Below, piece by piece: positions 1 through 10,898 of a DNA stretch of 64,000 bases. Origin of the DNA: Promethearchaeota archaeon. Lineage in GTDB: Archaea; Asgardarchaeota; Lokiarchaeia; Sigyniarchaeales; SOKP01. Position 1 is the first letter of the stretch; each line of letters starts with the position of its first letter. The stretch covers positions 1 through 64,000 of the forward strand of contig JAEOTP010000043.1 of NCBI GenBank assembly GCA_016839765.1. Direction: 5' to 3'. A program made the position numbers and the translations under genes. Under the pieces are notes generated by a model. The model ran no database searches, was not told where the DNA came from, and worked only from the letters and a program-made list of their open reading frames with translations.

Positions 1-2
1 AT

Positions 3-1133
3 ATTATAAACAGTAATGAAAGAGTAATAGTCGGAATTTCTTTTTTTACCACTCAATTATGGGAAATAAAAGATTTAATTAAAAATTTAAGAAGAATATA
101 CTCAAAAAAAGTATTTCTTATAGCTGGCGGCCCTCATCCTACTGGGGATCCATTTGGAACTCTTAAAATGGGTTTTGATCTTGTTGTTGTAGGTGAAGGT
201 GAGGAAATTATCATTGAAATTATTAAAAAGATTAAAAATGATGAAGATATCTTCAAAATAAAAGGATTATCTTTCTGTAATGCTAATAGTAACTATATTT
301 ATACTGGAAAAAGGCAACCCATAGATTTAGATAAATACCCTCCATTACCTATGAAAAACATCAGGTTTGGAGCAGTTGAAATAACGAGGGGATGTCCCTA
401 TGTATGTTATTTTTGTCAAACTCCTTATTTATCAGGTACTAATCCAAGACATAGAAGTATTGAATCAATATGTAATACTGTGAAATTCATGAAAAAGCAT
501 AATAAAACAGATATAAGATTTATCAGTCCTAATGCATTTTCATACGGTTCAATAGATGGTAAAACTCTGAATCTTACTAAGTTAGAAGATTTATTAAAAC
601 AAATAACTCATATTATTAAGCCAAATGGAAGATTATTTTTAGGTTCATTTCCTTCAGAAGTCCGTCCAGAACATGTAAATAAAGAAACTTTAGGATTAGT
701 TTTAAGGTATGCGGCAAATGATAATATTGTCATTGGAGCTCAGTCAGGGAGCCAAAACGTTTTAGATTTATGTAATAGAGGCCACACTGTTGAAGATGTA
801 TATAAAGCGGTTGAATTAACCATTAAAAGTAACTTAAAAGCTAATGTAGATTTTATTTTTGGATTACCTGATGAAACTGAAGAAGATATAGACTTAAATA
901 TTAAAGTATTAAAAGATTTATCAGACATGGGGGCAAAGATACACACACATACATTTATGCCATTACCTCAGACTTTGTTTGCTAAGAAACCTTTTCAAAG
1001 AATTAACAAAAGAATTAAAAAAGTAATTACTGAATTAAATTCAAAAGGTTTTGCATATGGAGAATGGAAAAAGCAAGAAAAACTGGCTATTAAAATTACT
1101 AAATATTTGAAAAATTTTAATAATTTAACCTGA
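3..1133 (+). CDS. B12-binding-domain radical SAM protein (MJ1487-like), 5' partial
   Basis: Frame is open from the window edge (..FLIAGGPHPTG.. B12-binding-domain motif upstream of the ORF-track start at 168). Radical SAM motif RGCPYVCYFC. Confidence 0.85.
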   Translation: MINSNERVIVGISFFTTQLWEIKDLIKNLRRIYSKKVFLIAGGPHPTGDPFGTLKMGFDLVVVGEGEEIIIEIIKKIKNDEDIFKIKGLSFCNANSNYIYTGKRQPIDLDKYPPLPMKNIRFGAVEITRGCPYVCYFCQTPYLSGTNPRHRSIESICNTVKFMKKHNKTDIRFISPNAFSYGSIDGKTLNLTKLEDLLKQITHIIKPNGRLFLGSFPSEVRPEHVNKETLGLVLRYAANDNIVIGAQSGSQNVLDLCNRGHTVEDVYKAVELTIKSNLKANVDFIFGLPDETEEDIDLNIKVLKDLSDMGAKIHTHTFMPLPQTLFAKKPFQRINKRIKKVITELNSKGFAYGEWKKQEKLAIKITKYLKNFNNLT

Positions 1134-1982
1134 AATTTTATAATGTTGATTAATGTGTTTGATAAACCCTTCTTTTAACATTGTATTTAAAATTTTTTTC
1201 ACTCTCTCTGGATTTTTATCAATTTGTTGAATTATATCCATTTCCTTCAATGCCTTTTCTTTAAGTAGTATTTTTAAAATTGATCCTCTTATCTCTCGAT
1301 TAGATCCTTTGAATTTAGATTGTTTTCGGTAATGAGCACTCTTTTTATTTAGTTCTGGATGGGTCTTTTTAAGCATCACTCCATAATCCATTAAACCGTA
1401 ATACCATTCTCTAGGATTTGAAAGATCTATTACTTTTTTGGCTATTGTTAAAATGTCTTTATCATATACTATACTTTTGTCTTGAAAAAAGAAGTAGATA
1501 TACACTCTTCTAATATTTGTCTCTATAAAATAAGTAGGAATATTAAACGCAAAAGTTAATATTGATGAAGCGGTGTTAATTCCAATTTGTGGAAAAGATT
1601 TGAGAGTTTCAAGATCAGCAGGTAATTTCTCATTATAATTATTAACAATTATTTCAGCAATATTTTTCAAGGCAATAGCTCTTCGATTATACCCTAATCC
1701 CTGCCAAATATTTAAAACAGCCTCAAGTGGGGCTTTTGCTAATGTATTAAAATCAGGAAATTTTTTTATAAATTCCATAAATTTTTCAGATACCCTACTT
1801 GTTTGAGTTTGCTGAAGCATTATTTCTGAAACTAAAATTCTATATGGATTAATATTATTTCTAAAAGGAAAATTTCTCCCAGATTTTTTATAATATGAAT
1901 GAATTATTTCTTGGAAAGTTTGTATTACTTTTTCTGTTAACCCTTCTTTCTTGTAAAGCTTATAAAAATCATGAATTAATAT
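1125..1982 (-). CDS. mutY: MutY-like HhH-GPD A/G-specific adenine glycosylase
   Basis: Motifs PYRILVSEIMLQQTQ, WQGLGYNRRA and ETNIRRV. The frame extends 54 codons upstream of the ATG at 1820 to a probable ATA start at 1982. Confidence 0.8.
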   Translation of the reverse strand: MLIHDFYKLYKKEGLTEKVIQTFQEIIHSYYKKSGRNFPFRNNINPYRILVSEIMLQQTQTSRVSEKFMEFIKKFPDFNTLAKAPLEAVLNIWQGLGYNRRAIALKNIAEIIVNNYNEKLPADLETLKSFPQIGINTASSILTFAFNIPTYFIETNIRRVYIYFFFQDKSIVYDKDILTIAKKVIDLSNPREWYYGLMDYGVMLKKTHPELNKKSAHYRKQSKFKGSNREIRGSILKILLKEKALKEMDIIQQIDKNPERVKKILNTMLKEGFIKHINQHYKISG

Positions 1983-2031
1983 TTTTTAGCACCTAGTTTT
2001 CTTATAGATTAGTATATCTTTGAAAAAGTGA

Positions 2032-3942
2032 TTACTTAGTAATATTAAAAGCAAATTCAGTTACTCCACCTTCAATTTTCTTTAAAGTTAAATTAAAACC
2101 AGAAGTATCAATTATGTGCAGCATGGCTTTGTTTTCAAACAAAATTGTGCCTCCAAATGTTTTATAATTCAATTCCCTAGCAATTTTCACTAAATAATTC
2201 AATAAAAATCTTGTAATTCCTAACCCCCTATAATCTTTATGAGTAACAAACGCAAGTTCTGCCAATGTGGGTTTATTAGTTTTGAAGAAAGCACCTAAAG
2301 CTATAATTTTTGATTCTTCTTCTTCTTTTATTTCTCCAACTAAAATCATGTCTGTAGTATAATCAATGTTTACCATTGGTTGGATTTTTTTATGACGAAA
2401 ATCATGTACAGGTATGAAAAATCGATAATATCTATCTTTTTCATCCAAGGAATAGTGAAGTTCTTGAATCTCTCTCTCATCAGTCGGTTTTACAGGTCTT
2501 ATTTTTACTCTTTTACCATTTTTTAAAGCTAAGGAAGTTTCGTATTTTTCTGGGTAAATAGCGATTCTCCCATCAATTGAAATGGGTAATTTTTGATCTG
2601 AATAGACATATTTCCACTTTTTAGCATGCTCTAACAATTCTTCCCGAAAATCAGGGTGAGCAATATTTATCATTTCTAAAACTCTTTCTCTTACACTTTT
2701 TCCATAGAGATAGGCTATACCCCATTCAGAAACAATATAGTGGACATCACCTCGCGTTATAACCACTCCTGAACCTGGTTGAAGATGAGGAACTATTCTG
2801 GAAATAATTTTACCATCTGGTAGTGTTGCTGTCGAAGGGATTACCGTTATAGGTTTTCCATCTTTAGCTCTACCCGCTCCTCTTACAAAATCGACTTGTC
2901 CCCCAATTCCACTATAGAACTGGTGACCTAAAGAATCAGCATTCACTTGCCCTGTAAGATCTACTGTAAGAGCTGCATTAATTGCAACTTGTTTCTTATT
3001 TTGAGAAATTATGAATGGATCATTTGTGTATTCACAGGGATGAAATTCAACCATGGGATTATCATCACAAAAATCGTATAATCTTCTAGTCCCCATTACA
3101 AATGAACAGAGAATCTTGTCTTTATGAATTGTTTTTTTTTTACACGTGACAACTCCTTTTTCTACAAGATCTACAATACCATCTGAAAACACTTCACTGT
3201 GTACTCCCAAATCTTTTTTTCTTTCCAATTCCATAGTTACTGCATTTGGGATTGTCCCAATTCCCATTTGAATCGTTGATTCATCTTCTATTAATGAAGC
3301 GACGAATTCGGCAATTTTAGTTTCGGTTTCACCTGGAGTTCCGTAATCAAATTCAATAATATCATGATCAGAAAGTATGAAAGCATCTATATCATCCATA
3401 TGGATAAAAGAGTCTCCAAGAGTACGAGGCATTTTAGGGTTTATTTCAGCAACAACAAAATCAGCTACCTCAGCTATAGGTTTGACAATGTCTACATTAA
3501 TTCCATAACTACAGAATCCATATCGATCTGGAAGACTTACTTGAATTAAAGCAGTATCTAAATGCATTTTACCAAGCTTAAATAACCAAGGAATTTCTGA
3601 TAAAAGCATGGGAGTATAATCTGCTTGTCCTTCTTTAATATATTTGCGAAGCGACTTTCCTATAAAAAAAGCATTATGTCTGAATAAATCTTCAATACCA
3701 CTCGCGGTTTTATAATAATCAAGATCGCTTAGACTTAAAAAATGCATTATCTCTACATCTGGTAACTCTGGACCAAGTTCTATCAGTTTTTTAGTCAAGT
3801 CTATAGGCTCAGCACACCCAGAATCAATAAATATTCTATCTCCAGGCTTTATATACTTCATAATAGCTTGATTTACTGATACCTTCTTTTTATTATACTT
3901 ATTTAAGAAAAATTTGATATCTTCATCATTTATATTCGACAA
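2032..3942 (-). CDS. Acetyl-CoA hydrolase/CoA-transferase fused to a C-terminal GNAT domain
   Basis: QMGIGTIPNAV, LGVHSE and YSGIGGQVDFVRGA motifs. C-terminal AELAFVTHKDYRGLGI is GNAT motif A. TTG start with GGTGAT Shine-Dalgarno (SD). Confidence 0.9.
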   Translation of the reverse strand: MSNINDEDIKFFLNKYNKKKVSVNQAIMKYIKPGDRIFIDSGCAEPIDLTKKLIELGPELPDVEIMHFLSLSDLDYYKTASGIEDLFRHNAFFIGKSLRKYIKEGQADYTPMLLSEIPWLFKLGKMHLDTALIQVSLPDRYGFCSYGINVDIVKPIAEVADFVVAEINPKMPRTLGDSFIHMDDIDAFILSDHDIIEFDYGTPGETETKIAEFVASLIEDESTIQMGIGTIPNAVTMELERKKDLGVHSEVFSDGIVDLVEKGVVTCKKKTIHKDKILCSFVMGTRRLYDFCDDNPMVEFHPCEYTNDPFIISQNKKQVAINAALTVDLTGQVNADSLGHQFYSGIGGQVDFVRGAGRAKDGKPITVIPSTATLPDGKIISRIVPHLQPGSGVVITRGDVHYIVSEWGIAYLYGKSVRERVLEMINIAHPDFREELLEHAKKWKYVYSDQKLPISIDGRIAIYPEKYETSLALKNGKRVKIRPVKPTDEREIQELHYSLDEKDRYYRFFIPVHDFRHKKIQPMVNIDYTTDMILVGEIKEEEESKIIALGAFFKTNKPTLAELAFVTHKDYRGLGITRFLLNYLVKIARELNYKTFGGTILFENKAMLHIIDTSGFNLTLKKIEGGVTEFAFNITK

Positions 3943-4056
3943 GAAATCACCTATCTTATTTGATTTTCACATTTATGAATAGGATTTGAATGATTTTAAA
4001 TATAGGTATATCTAACTATAAATCAATATTTTGGATCTTATAATTTAGAGTTCATT

Positions 4057-4707
4057 TTAAAAATGTGTTGAATCAAGAATTAAATTTACAATGCGATTAA
4101 TATATAACCCTTTTTGAATTTTACAAGTTCGAGCAACTTTATTGAAATTGAATGATTCAGCTAAAGCATCTAAATATGAGATATTATATAAAATCGAAAT
4201 ATTTTTATTATTTTTCATAAATAATTTATCCAATTCTATTTGAATTTGATTTTGATTCATATTATTGGATTTTTGCTTTACTCGTTTAATAATTTCTTTT
4301 ATAGAATCATTAAAGTTAATATTTCGAATACTTGAAATCAAAACACTTAAAACAATCGTATAGAGTATAAGGACATCAAACTCAGTACCATGTAATGCAG
4401 TTAACCTTATTTGAATTTCTTGATATAATTCTTGTAAATGGTTCTCATCTAAACCCTTTATATCCTTGAAAGGCTTAAAGAATTTTAAATATTTTTGCTC
4501 TAAAAATAGATCTATATTTTTGATGAATAAATCTTTAAACCTTTTAACAATTAAACCAGAATTTCTTATTTTTAATGATACCTCAGGAGTTCTTCCAATA
4601 ATGGTATCACTACCACTTAAATAAAATTGTTGCTCAATAAGGTTATCCGTAGCGTTATAGAGTTTTTTTAATTTCATATTTTTTTTTAGAACACTCAAAT
4701 ATCTCAT
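4057..4707 (-). CDS. Hypothetical protein
   Basis: 216-aa ORF in AT-rich DNA with no recognised motif. Confidence 0.6.
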   Translation of the reverse strand: MRYLSVLKKNMKLKKLYNATDNLIEQQFYLSGSDTIIGRTPEVSLKIRNSGLIVKRFKDLFIKNIDLFLEQKYLKFFKPFKDIKGLDENHLQELYQEIQIRLTALHGTEFDVLILYTIVLSVLISSIRNINFNDSIKEIIKRVKQKSNNMNQNQIQIELDKLFMKNNKNISILYNISYLDALAESFNFNKVARTCKIQKGLYINRIVNLILDSTHF

Positions 4708-4920
4708 TTCCAGTTTTTTCGGATATATTTACTAAAATATTAATCTTAATTCACTGATTTAATTTTTTTGATAGCGATAAGATCTAATATTTCTATTGGT
4801 TATAATTCTCTACGATAATATTAATTAGAAAATGATACATGTATATCATTAATAAATTATTTCCAAAAAAAACAAATCTAATCCAAGTTTAATTGTAAAA
4901 AAAATATTAACAAAAATTAA

Positions 4921-6651
4921 GTGAAAAAAATGGGATTGAAATTAGCTTCTACAATGGCTATACTTTTCTTGTTTGCAATTATGTATGCTGTAGTATTTGC
5001 GATTGGGATTTGGTTCTTACCTTCAGACTGGACTGGATTATTATTAATGGTCGGTTTTACTATCTTGATTGTACTCTTTCAATATGGGGTATCACCATAT
5101 ATTATACAGTGGATTTATCGAATAGATTGGATTCCATACGAAAAATTTATTTCAATGTATCCTCATTTAGGTACTGCTGTGGAGAAAGTAGTTGCAATTC
5201 AAGGAATTAAATATCCAAGAATGGGGATTATTCATGATTTAAATCCAAACGCATTCACATTTGGTCACACAAAAAACAACGCAAGATTAGTAATTACTGA
5301 TGGCATCTTACATTTTCTTGACGAGGATGAACAGACAGCAGTAGTAGCACACGAATTAGGTCACATAGTACATAGTGATTTTATATTAATGACAATCGTT
5401 TTTGCTATTCCATTAATTCTATTAACAATTGCAAGATGGTCTTATTATGCTGCACGCTTTTCTGGTAGAGGTTCAAGCAAAAAAGACGAAGGAAGTTATA
5501 TATTTTTGGCCCTAATTGTTATTGCGGTGTTATCATATATAGCATACTATATAGGCTATTTGGTTTCTTTAGTAGTAAGTCGAATTAGAGAATATTATGC
5601 GGATCAACATTCTGCAGAACTCACAGAGGATCCTAATACCTTATCTACAGCATTGGTAAAAATAGCTTATGGATTATTAATAGGTGAATCAAAGGAAGAA
5701 GTTATTGAGAAAAAAAAATCCAGAGTATGGGCACTTCGGGGATTAGGTATCTTTGATCCTAAAAAAGCACATCATTTTGCAGCTCAAGGTATTGGTCCTT
5801 CAGGAAAGTATTCTAAGAATGCAATTCAAGCTGTGGCAGCTTGGGATTTATTTAATCCTTGGGCTAAATATTTTCAACTATATAGCACACATCCCTTACC
5901 AGCAAAAAGAATCCAAAGATTAAATGATCAATGTGCGATCTATGGAAAATCTGTGGAAATAGATTTTTCTGAAGCTAGAAAAATTAAAGAGGAACAAGTA
6001 GGCAAATCTCTGATTGGTGAGTTTCTTACAGATATATTTATTAAATCCTTACCCACAATCGTTTTCATAGTTCTAATCGCATTAAGTGCGGTTTGGTTAT
6101 TTGCATACCTAGGATGGCTAAATATTGGAACATTAGCATCTCTTAGTAATCTAACTCTTATGTGGGCTACCGGATTCTTTGTAATGGGGATTAGTTCCAT
6201 ATTGAGAACTGCATTTATGTATAGAAAGGGTTTTGAACCTGCTACTACGCTTGATCTAAAAACTGTGATTAATGTTTCACCTGTACGCCCTATTCCTGCC
6301 ATTATTGAAGGAACTATCATTGGAAAAGGGGTACCGGGGTATTTCCTTAGCGATGATTTATATTTTCAAGACGATACTGGATTACTGTATATCGATTATA
6401 GATTTGGTTTAAGCATTGTCGATTTCTTCTGGGCAATTACAAAAGTTAATAGATTAATAGGACAACGAGTTAGAATTAAAGGATGGTATCGAAGAGGTCC
6501 TGCCCCCTATCTGCAGATTGATACACTAGAAACTGAAACTGGTAAACGTCATCGAAATTATTCAAAACATATGACATATATCCTTGCTGTTGTATTTTTT
6601 ATCATAAGTGCATTAATCTTCTACTACTGGTTTACCACTTTCTTCTTTTAA
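4921..6651 (+). CDS. htpX: HtpX/M48 membrane zinc metalloprotease with a C-terminal TM plus OB-fold-like extension
   Basis: PNAFTFG, AHELGH (HExxH), SRIREYYAD and STHP motifs; several TM helices. Confidence 0.85.
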   Translation: MKKMGLKLASTMAILFLFAIMYAVVFAIGIWFLPSDWTGLLLMVGFTILIVLFQYGVSPYIIQWIYRIDWIPYEKFISMYPHLGTAVEKVVAIQGIKYPRMGIIHDLNPNAFTFGHTKNNARLVITDGILHFLDEDEQTAVVAHELGHIVHSDFILMTIVFAIPLILLTIARWSYYAARFSGRGSSKKDEGSYIFLALIVIAVLSYIAYYIGYLVSLVVSRIREYYADQHSAELTEDPNTLSTALVKIAYGLLIGESKEEVIEKKKSRVWALRGLGIFDPKKAHHFAAQGIGPSGKYSKNAIQAVAAWDLFNPWAKYFQLYSTHPLPAKRIQRLNDQCAIYGKSVEIDFSEARKIKEEQVGKSLIGEFLTDIFIKSLPTIVFIVLIALSAVWLFAYLGWLNIGTLASLSNLTLMWATGFFVMGISSILRTAFMYRKGFEPATTLDLKTVINVSPVRPIPAIIEGTIIGKGVPGYFLSDDLYFQDDTGLLYIDYRFGLSIVDFFWAITKVNRLIGQRVRIKGWYRRGPAPYLQIDTLETETGKRHRNYSKHMTYILAVVFFIISALIFYYWFTTFFF

Positions 6652-6749
6652 ATTAATCCAAATTTTTTTATTCTTTTTTATTTTTAAAAATTTAAATAAT
6701 TCATTACAACAAGTCTTAAATTATTAAATAGAATTAATCAATATTAAGA

Positions 6750-7994
6750 ATGACAGTTTCTAATAATAAGGATGTTGAGTTAATGGCACCACTAAAGAAT
6801 TTCAAGTCTTTAAATGCTGTAATTGGAAAAGCTGATGCTGTTTATTTTGGTGTTGAATCCTTTAATATGAGAATGTTCAGTGATAATTTCAAATTAGAAG
6901 ACCTAAAGAAAATTGTAAGAGTTTGTCATGATAATCATATTAATGCTTATCTAACTACTAATGTAATAATCTATGAAAATGAGATTGAAATATTAGATTC
7001 AATTTTAGATAAAGCAGTAGACGCCAATATTGACGCAGTTATCGTTCATGATATTGGAGCAATTCAATTAGTTAAAGAAAAAGGACTTGAATTCCATATT
7101 TCTACGCAAGCTAGCATTTCTAATTCTTACTCAGCAAGATTTTACGAATCCCTAGGGGCAAAAAGATTAATTTTAGCACGAGAGTTGTCCTTAGAGCAAA
7201 TTAGAGAGATAAAAAATGAACTACAGGTCGCTGAAATAGAAACCTTTATTCATGGAGCTCAATGTACTTCGATTTCTGGTAGATGCTATTTTTCTGCAGA
7301 ATTATGTCAATCTCAAGATTACTCAGCTAATCGCGGTAGATGTGTCCAACCCTGTCGAAGAAAGTGGCGTGTTATTGACGATCAGAATAATGAATTGCTC
7401 TACGATGGCGTTTTCTTTATCAATACTAAAGATCTTTGTATGATTGAGCATATACCTAAATTAATCGAAGCTAAGATTGATGCTTTTAAAATTGAGGGAA
7501 GAATGAGAGATCCAATCTATATTGAAGAAACTACATCATGTTACCGAGAAGCCATTAACGCTTACTATGAAAATACACTTACTCATGAAAAAATCAAAAA
7601 TTGGTTAAAAAGACTGATTAAAGTATACCATAGGGGTTTTTCAACAGGCTTTTACTTTGGTTTACCTACCGGCACTGAAATTCAAAGAGATTTTGATGGT
7701 AACGTCTCTCAATACAAGAAAATTGAAATTGGTAAAGTTTTAAATTATTATCCAGAAAAAAAGGCGGCAAAAATCCTCTTAACCGCTGATAAATTAAAAT
7801 TAAATGATGAAATTTTCATTATTGGTACCCATACTGAAACGTATATCAGGCAAAAAATCAAATCTATCCAAATCAAACAGAAAAAAAATTTAACTGAAAC
7901 ACCTTCAATGTCAACTAATAAAGACCGAATTACTGTTGGGATCACTGTTGACAAACCAGTAAAGAAAAATGATAAAATATTCAAGCTGATTTAA
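6750..7994 (+). CDS. U32 family peptidase-like protein (Fe-S, RNA-hydroxylation type)
   Basis: ELMAP, ADAVYFG, HISTQAS, LARELSL, HGAQC-SISGRC, C-QPCR and FKIEGRMR motifs. Confidence 0.9.
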   Translation: MTVSNNKDVELMAPLKNFKSLNAVIGKADAVYFGVESFNMRMFSDNFKLEDLKKIVRVCHDNHINAYLTTNVIIYENEIEILDSILDKAVDANIDAVIVHDIGAIQLVKEKGLEFHISTQASISNSYSARFYESLGAKRLILARELSLEQIREIKNELQVAEIETFIHGAQCTSISGRCYFSAELCQSQDYSANRGRCVQPCRRKWRVIDDQNNELLYDGVFFINTKDLCMIEHIPKLIEAKIDAFKIEGRMRDPIYIEETTSCYREAINAYYENTLTHEKIKNWLKRLIKVYHRGFSTGFYFGLPTGTEIQRDFDGNVSQYKKIEIGKVLNYYPEKKAAKILLTADKLKLNDEIFIIGTHTETYIRQKIKSIQIKQKKNLTETPSMSTNKDRITVGITVDKPVKKNDKIFKLI

Positions 7995-8151
7995 TTATTT
8001 TGGATATTAAAAGCTTCTCTTTTGTCAAATAATTTATGGACGACTTTAGAACGTACAAAATTGATTAATAATAAATTTAAAAAGAATTAAAAAAAATTAG
8101 TATTAGAGAGATATTGTAGAATCTTGGAACCAAATCAACAATTGAGTGATT

Positions 8152-8580
8152 CTATTCAAGTAAATCTTCATATGCTTCTAAGGCGAGCTCAATAATTTCT
8201 TGAAAGGCCATAGCATCTTGAAGATTTCCTTCTACGGTAATATCTCCAGCCATATAAGCGCTAGTGGCATCTACTTCACCAAAAAGCATACCTGCACCTA
8301 CTTCTTTAGCGGCTGAGAAAGTAAAGGATGGATTATCGACTTCACCCTCCCCAAATTCGAGAGTTCCATCATGTGCTTTTAACCAGAATTTTGCATCAGC
8401 ATCAGTAATGTTCATCTGGATTGCAATATCCATGTCTTCTAATTCTTCTTTAAGATCCTCATTCTCTTCAGCAATCTGCTTAAAGAGTTCGAACATTTTA
8501 AGAGTATCTTTAACATCAGCCGCCGCTGCACCGGCGTCGATTTTTCCTTTAATTTCATTTAATAATGCATCATCAACCAT
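8152..8580 (-). CDS. SCP2 sterol/lipid-binding domain protein (copy 1)
   Basis: C-terminal DATSAYMAGDITVEGNL SCP2 signature. Confidence 0.85.
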   Translation of the reverse strand: MVDDALLNEIKGKIDAGAAAADVKDTLKMFELFKQIAEENEDLKEELEDMDIAIQMNITDADAKFWLKAHDGTLEFGEGEVDNPSFTFSAAKEVGAGMLFGEVDATSAYMAGDITVEGNLQDAMAFQEIIELALEAYEDLLE

Positions 8581-8884
8581 TTTAATTTATCAACCTTTCC
8601 TTTTAATTTCGTATTTAATTCAATTTGTAGTATAAAGAAATACTATTAATTATAACTTTTTACTACATAAAAAGGTTTTATTTCTTCTAATATATAAATC
8701 TTTAAACATTGAAATTTTAACTTATTCTCAATTTTTGTTAAAAATGTAAATTAATTTAGAGTAAGTTTTCATAATTTATTTAAGATGGTCAAGTAAGTAT
8801 CTTAAATTGTACAAAAAAAATGTAAAATATAAAATAAAAAATGTTTTAGTTAATTTTTAATATGGGTATTGAGGTACGCTTATT

Positions 8885-9313
8885 CTAATCTGTAAGATCT
8901 TCAAAAGCTTCAATAGCTAATTCAATAATTTCTTGAAAAGCCATAGCATCTTGAAGATTTCCTTCTACGGTAATATCTCCAGCCATGTAAGCGCTAGTAG
9001 CATCAACTTCTCCAAATAATAATCCTAAAGCAACCTCTTTATTAGCAGAAAATGTGAAGGATGGATTATCCGTTTCACCCTCCCCATACTCAAGGATGCC
9101 GTCGTGAGCCTTCATCCAGGCTTTTGAGTCCACATCAGTGACAATCATTTGGACAGTTATATCCATGTCCTCTAGTTCTTCTTTTAAGTCCTCATTTTCT
9201 TCCGCAACTTGCTTGAAGAGTTCGTACATTTTCAAGGCAAAGCTAATATCAGTCGCAGCAGCTCCTGCGTCTAATTTTTCCTTAACTTCCTTAATTAATG
9301 CTTCATCTACCAT
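8885..9313 (-). CDS. SCP2 sterol/lipid-binding domain protein (copy 2, tandem paralog)
   Basis: Same length (142 aa) as 8152..8580 with a near-identical C-terminus. Confidence 0.85.
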   Translation of the reverse strand: MVDEALIKEVKEKLDAGAAATDISFALKMYELFKQVAEENEDLKEELEDMDITVQMIVTDVDSKAWMKAHDGILEYGEGETDNPSFTFSANKEVALGLLFGEVDATSAYMAGDITVEGNLQDAMAFQEIIELAIEAFEDLTD

Positions 9314-9505
9314 TTTGGTTTTTCAACCTCTTTTGTGTGTTAACCCTTTTTAATCTTGAATTTTATGTTTTGAATTTTATTAAATATGGTGATTTAAATA
9401 ATGCGTTTTGATTTAAAAAACTTTGAACTTTTAATGAAGTTTTAGCAAAAAGTTTTAATTGATAATTTTCAATAGATTGGATAAAGTATAGAATAAAAAT
9501 TAAAA

Positions 9506-9583
9506 TGGCGCCCACAGCGGGATTTGAACCCGCGTCGCAGGAGTGACAGTCCCGAATGCTAGACCGGGCTACACTATGTGGGC
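9506..9583 (-). tRNA. tRNA-Asp(GTC), CCA encoded
   Basis: GCCCACA acceptor stem, anticodon arm CGGGA-CTGTCAC-TCCTG, GGTTCAAATCC T-arm, 3' GCCA. Confidence 0.95.
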
Positions 9584-9829
9584 TTAATTTATAATGCTAT
9601 ATCAGAAGAAATAAAGAAAACTATAAAAATTTTATTCTCGTATTTTGCTGTTAGGTAGATGAATAAAAAAAGTTAATAAAGATGATGATTAATTTTTCTT
9701 AAAAAATTTGACAGTTTAATTATAGAAGAAACAAAAATATTTAGAGAAGAACAAATAATTAAGTGTTTAAAGATAATCAATTATAGGTATAAGAAATTTT
9801 GATATAACAATAATAACTTTCATAGAATA

Positions 9830-10264
9830 ATGGCTAATCACGATCCTATTAATTCTTTATTGGATATTTTAGAAAAAGATGCGTCTCAATTTGTAAGAGT
9901 ATTAGATAGAATTATAAAGATTGGGGTAAAAATCTTCAATTCAACTGAAGAACTCCAAGAAGAATTGCTAGGATTTGATGATATTTACCAAACATACATT
10001 ACAGATATGGATTTCAATTACTGGCTCAAAGTTACTAATGGGAAAATTGAATATAAAAGGGGTGTCAATCCAGATGCTCCATTTAAGATGAATTATACAA
10101 AGGATATGATAATTAAGATTCTTAAAAGAGAAATTAGTGGAACTGATGCATTCATGAGAGGAGAGATTAATGTCGAAGGAAGCCTAACTCAAGGTTTAAG
10201 GTATATAAAACTATTTCGTACTTTTTTTAAATATGTACAAAATAGGAATAATTCTAGTAGTTAA
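9830..10264 (+). CDS. SCP2 domain protein
   Basis: SGTDAFMRGEINVEGSL SCP2 signature. Confidence 0.8.
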   Translation: MANHDPINSLLDILEKDASQFVRVLDRIIKIGVKIFNSTEELQEELLGFDDIYQTYITDMDFNYWLKVTNGKIEYKRGVNPDAPFKMNYTKDMIIKILKREISGTDAFMRGEINVEGSLTQGLRYIKLFRTFFKYVQNRNNSSS

Positions 10265-10384
10265 AAGATTCTTATCATCGCTATATTATATCGTAATATA
10301 TAGAACGAATTTTTAAATGATCATAAGTTAAATGATATTACAATCCCTAATATTAAAATTTAATCTGGAAGTTGACTTTAAGAT

Positions 10385-10825
10385 ATGACAACTGACACGA
10401 AAGTACTTTATTCAATGTTGCATACACTTGAATTAGCTGATGATGCATTTAAGACGAATATTGATAAATTAATTAACATAGGTATAAAGATCGCTAATAA
10501 ATCAAGAGATTTTCAGGATGAATTAAGATTATTTGGTGATATTCTTTTCCACCTTTATTTAAAAGATATCGATTTTAATATTTGGATTAATAATTCAGAT
10601 GGAAGTTTAGCATATAATACTAGTTTTTATGAGCCCGAATCTGAAAATACGAGGACAATTCATTTTATTCTTACTAAAAATATATTAAAAAAAATATTCA
10701 CTAAAGATTTGGATGCCGCAGAGGCTTATATGAAAGGTTTAATTGAATTTGAAGGAAGATTCTCGGATGCAATGATAGCAAAAAACATATTAAAGACTTA
10801 TTTTTACTATCTGGAACATATTTAA
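10385..10825 (+). CDS. SCP2 domain protein
   Basis: DAAEAYMKGLIEFEG SCP2 signature. Confidence 0.75.
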   Translation: MTTDTKVLYSMLHTLELADDAFKTNIDKLINIGIKIANKSRDFQDELRLFGDILFHLYLKDIDFNIWINNSDGSLAYNTSFYEPESENTRTIHFILTKNILKKIFTKDLDAAEAYMKGLIEFEGRFSDAMIAKNILKTYFYYLEHI

Positions 10826-10898
10826 TCAGTTTATTTCTGATTATAAAAAAATTTTTTAGAGATAGTATATGATAATATTCATAGATTCTTAATTTTTA

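Noticed and set aside
8264-9353. Plus-strand ORFs 8264..8635 and 9138..9353, and similar short antisense ORFs elsewhere in the track
   Set aside because: They lie opposite well-supported genes and have no motifs.
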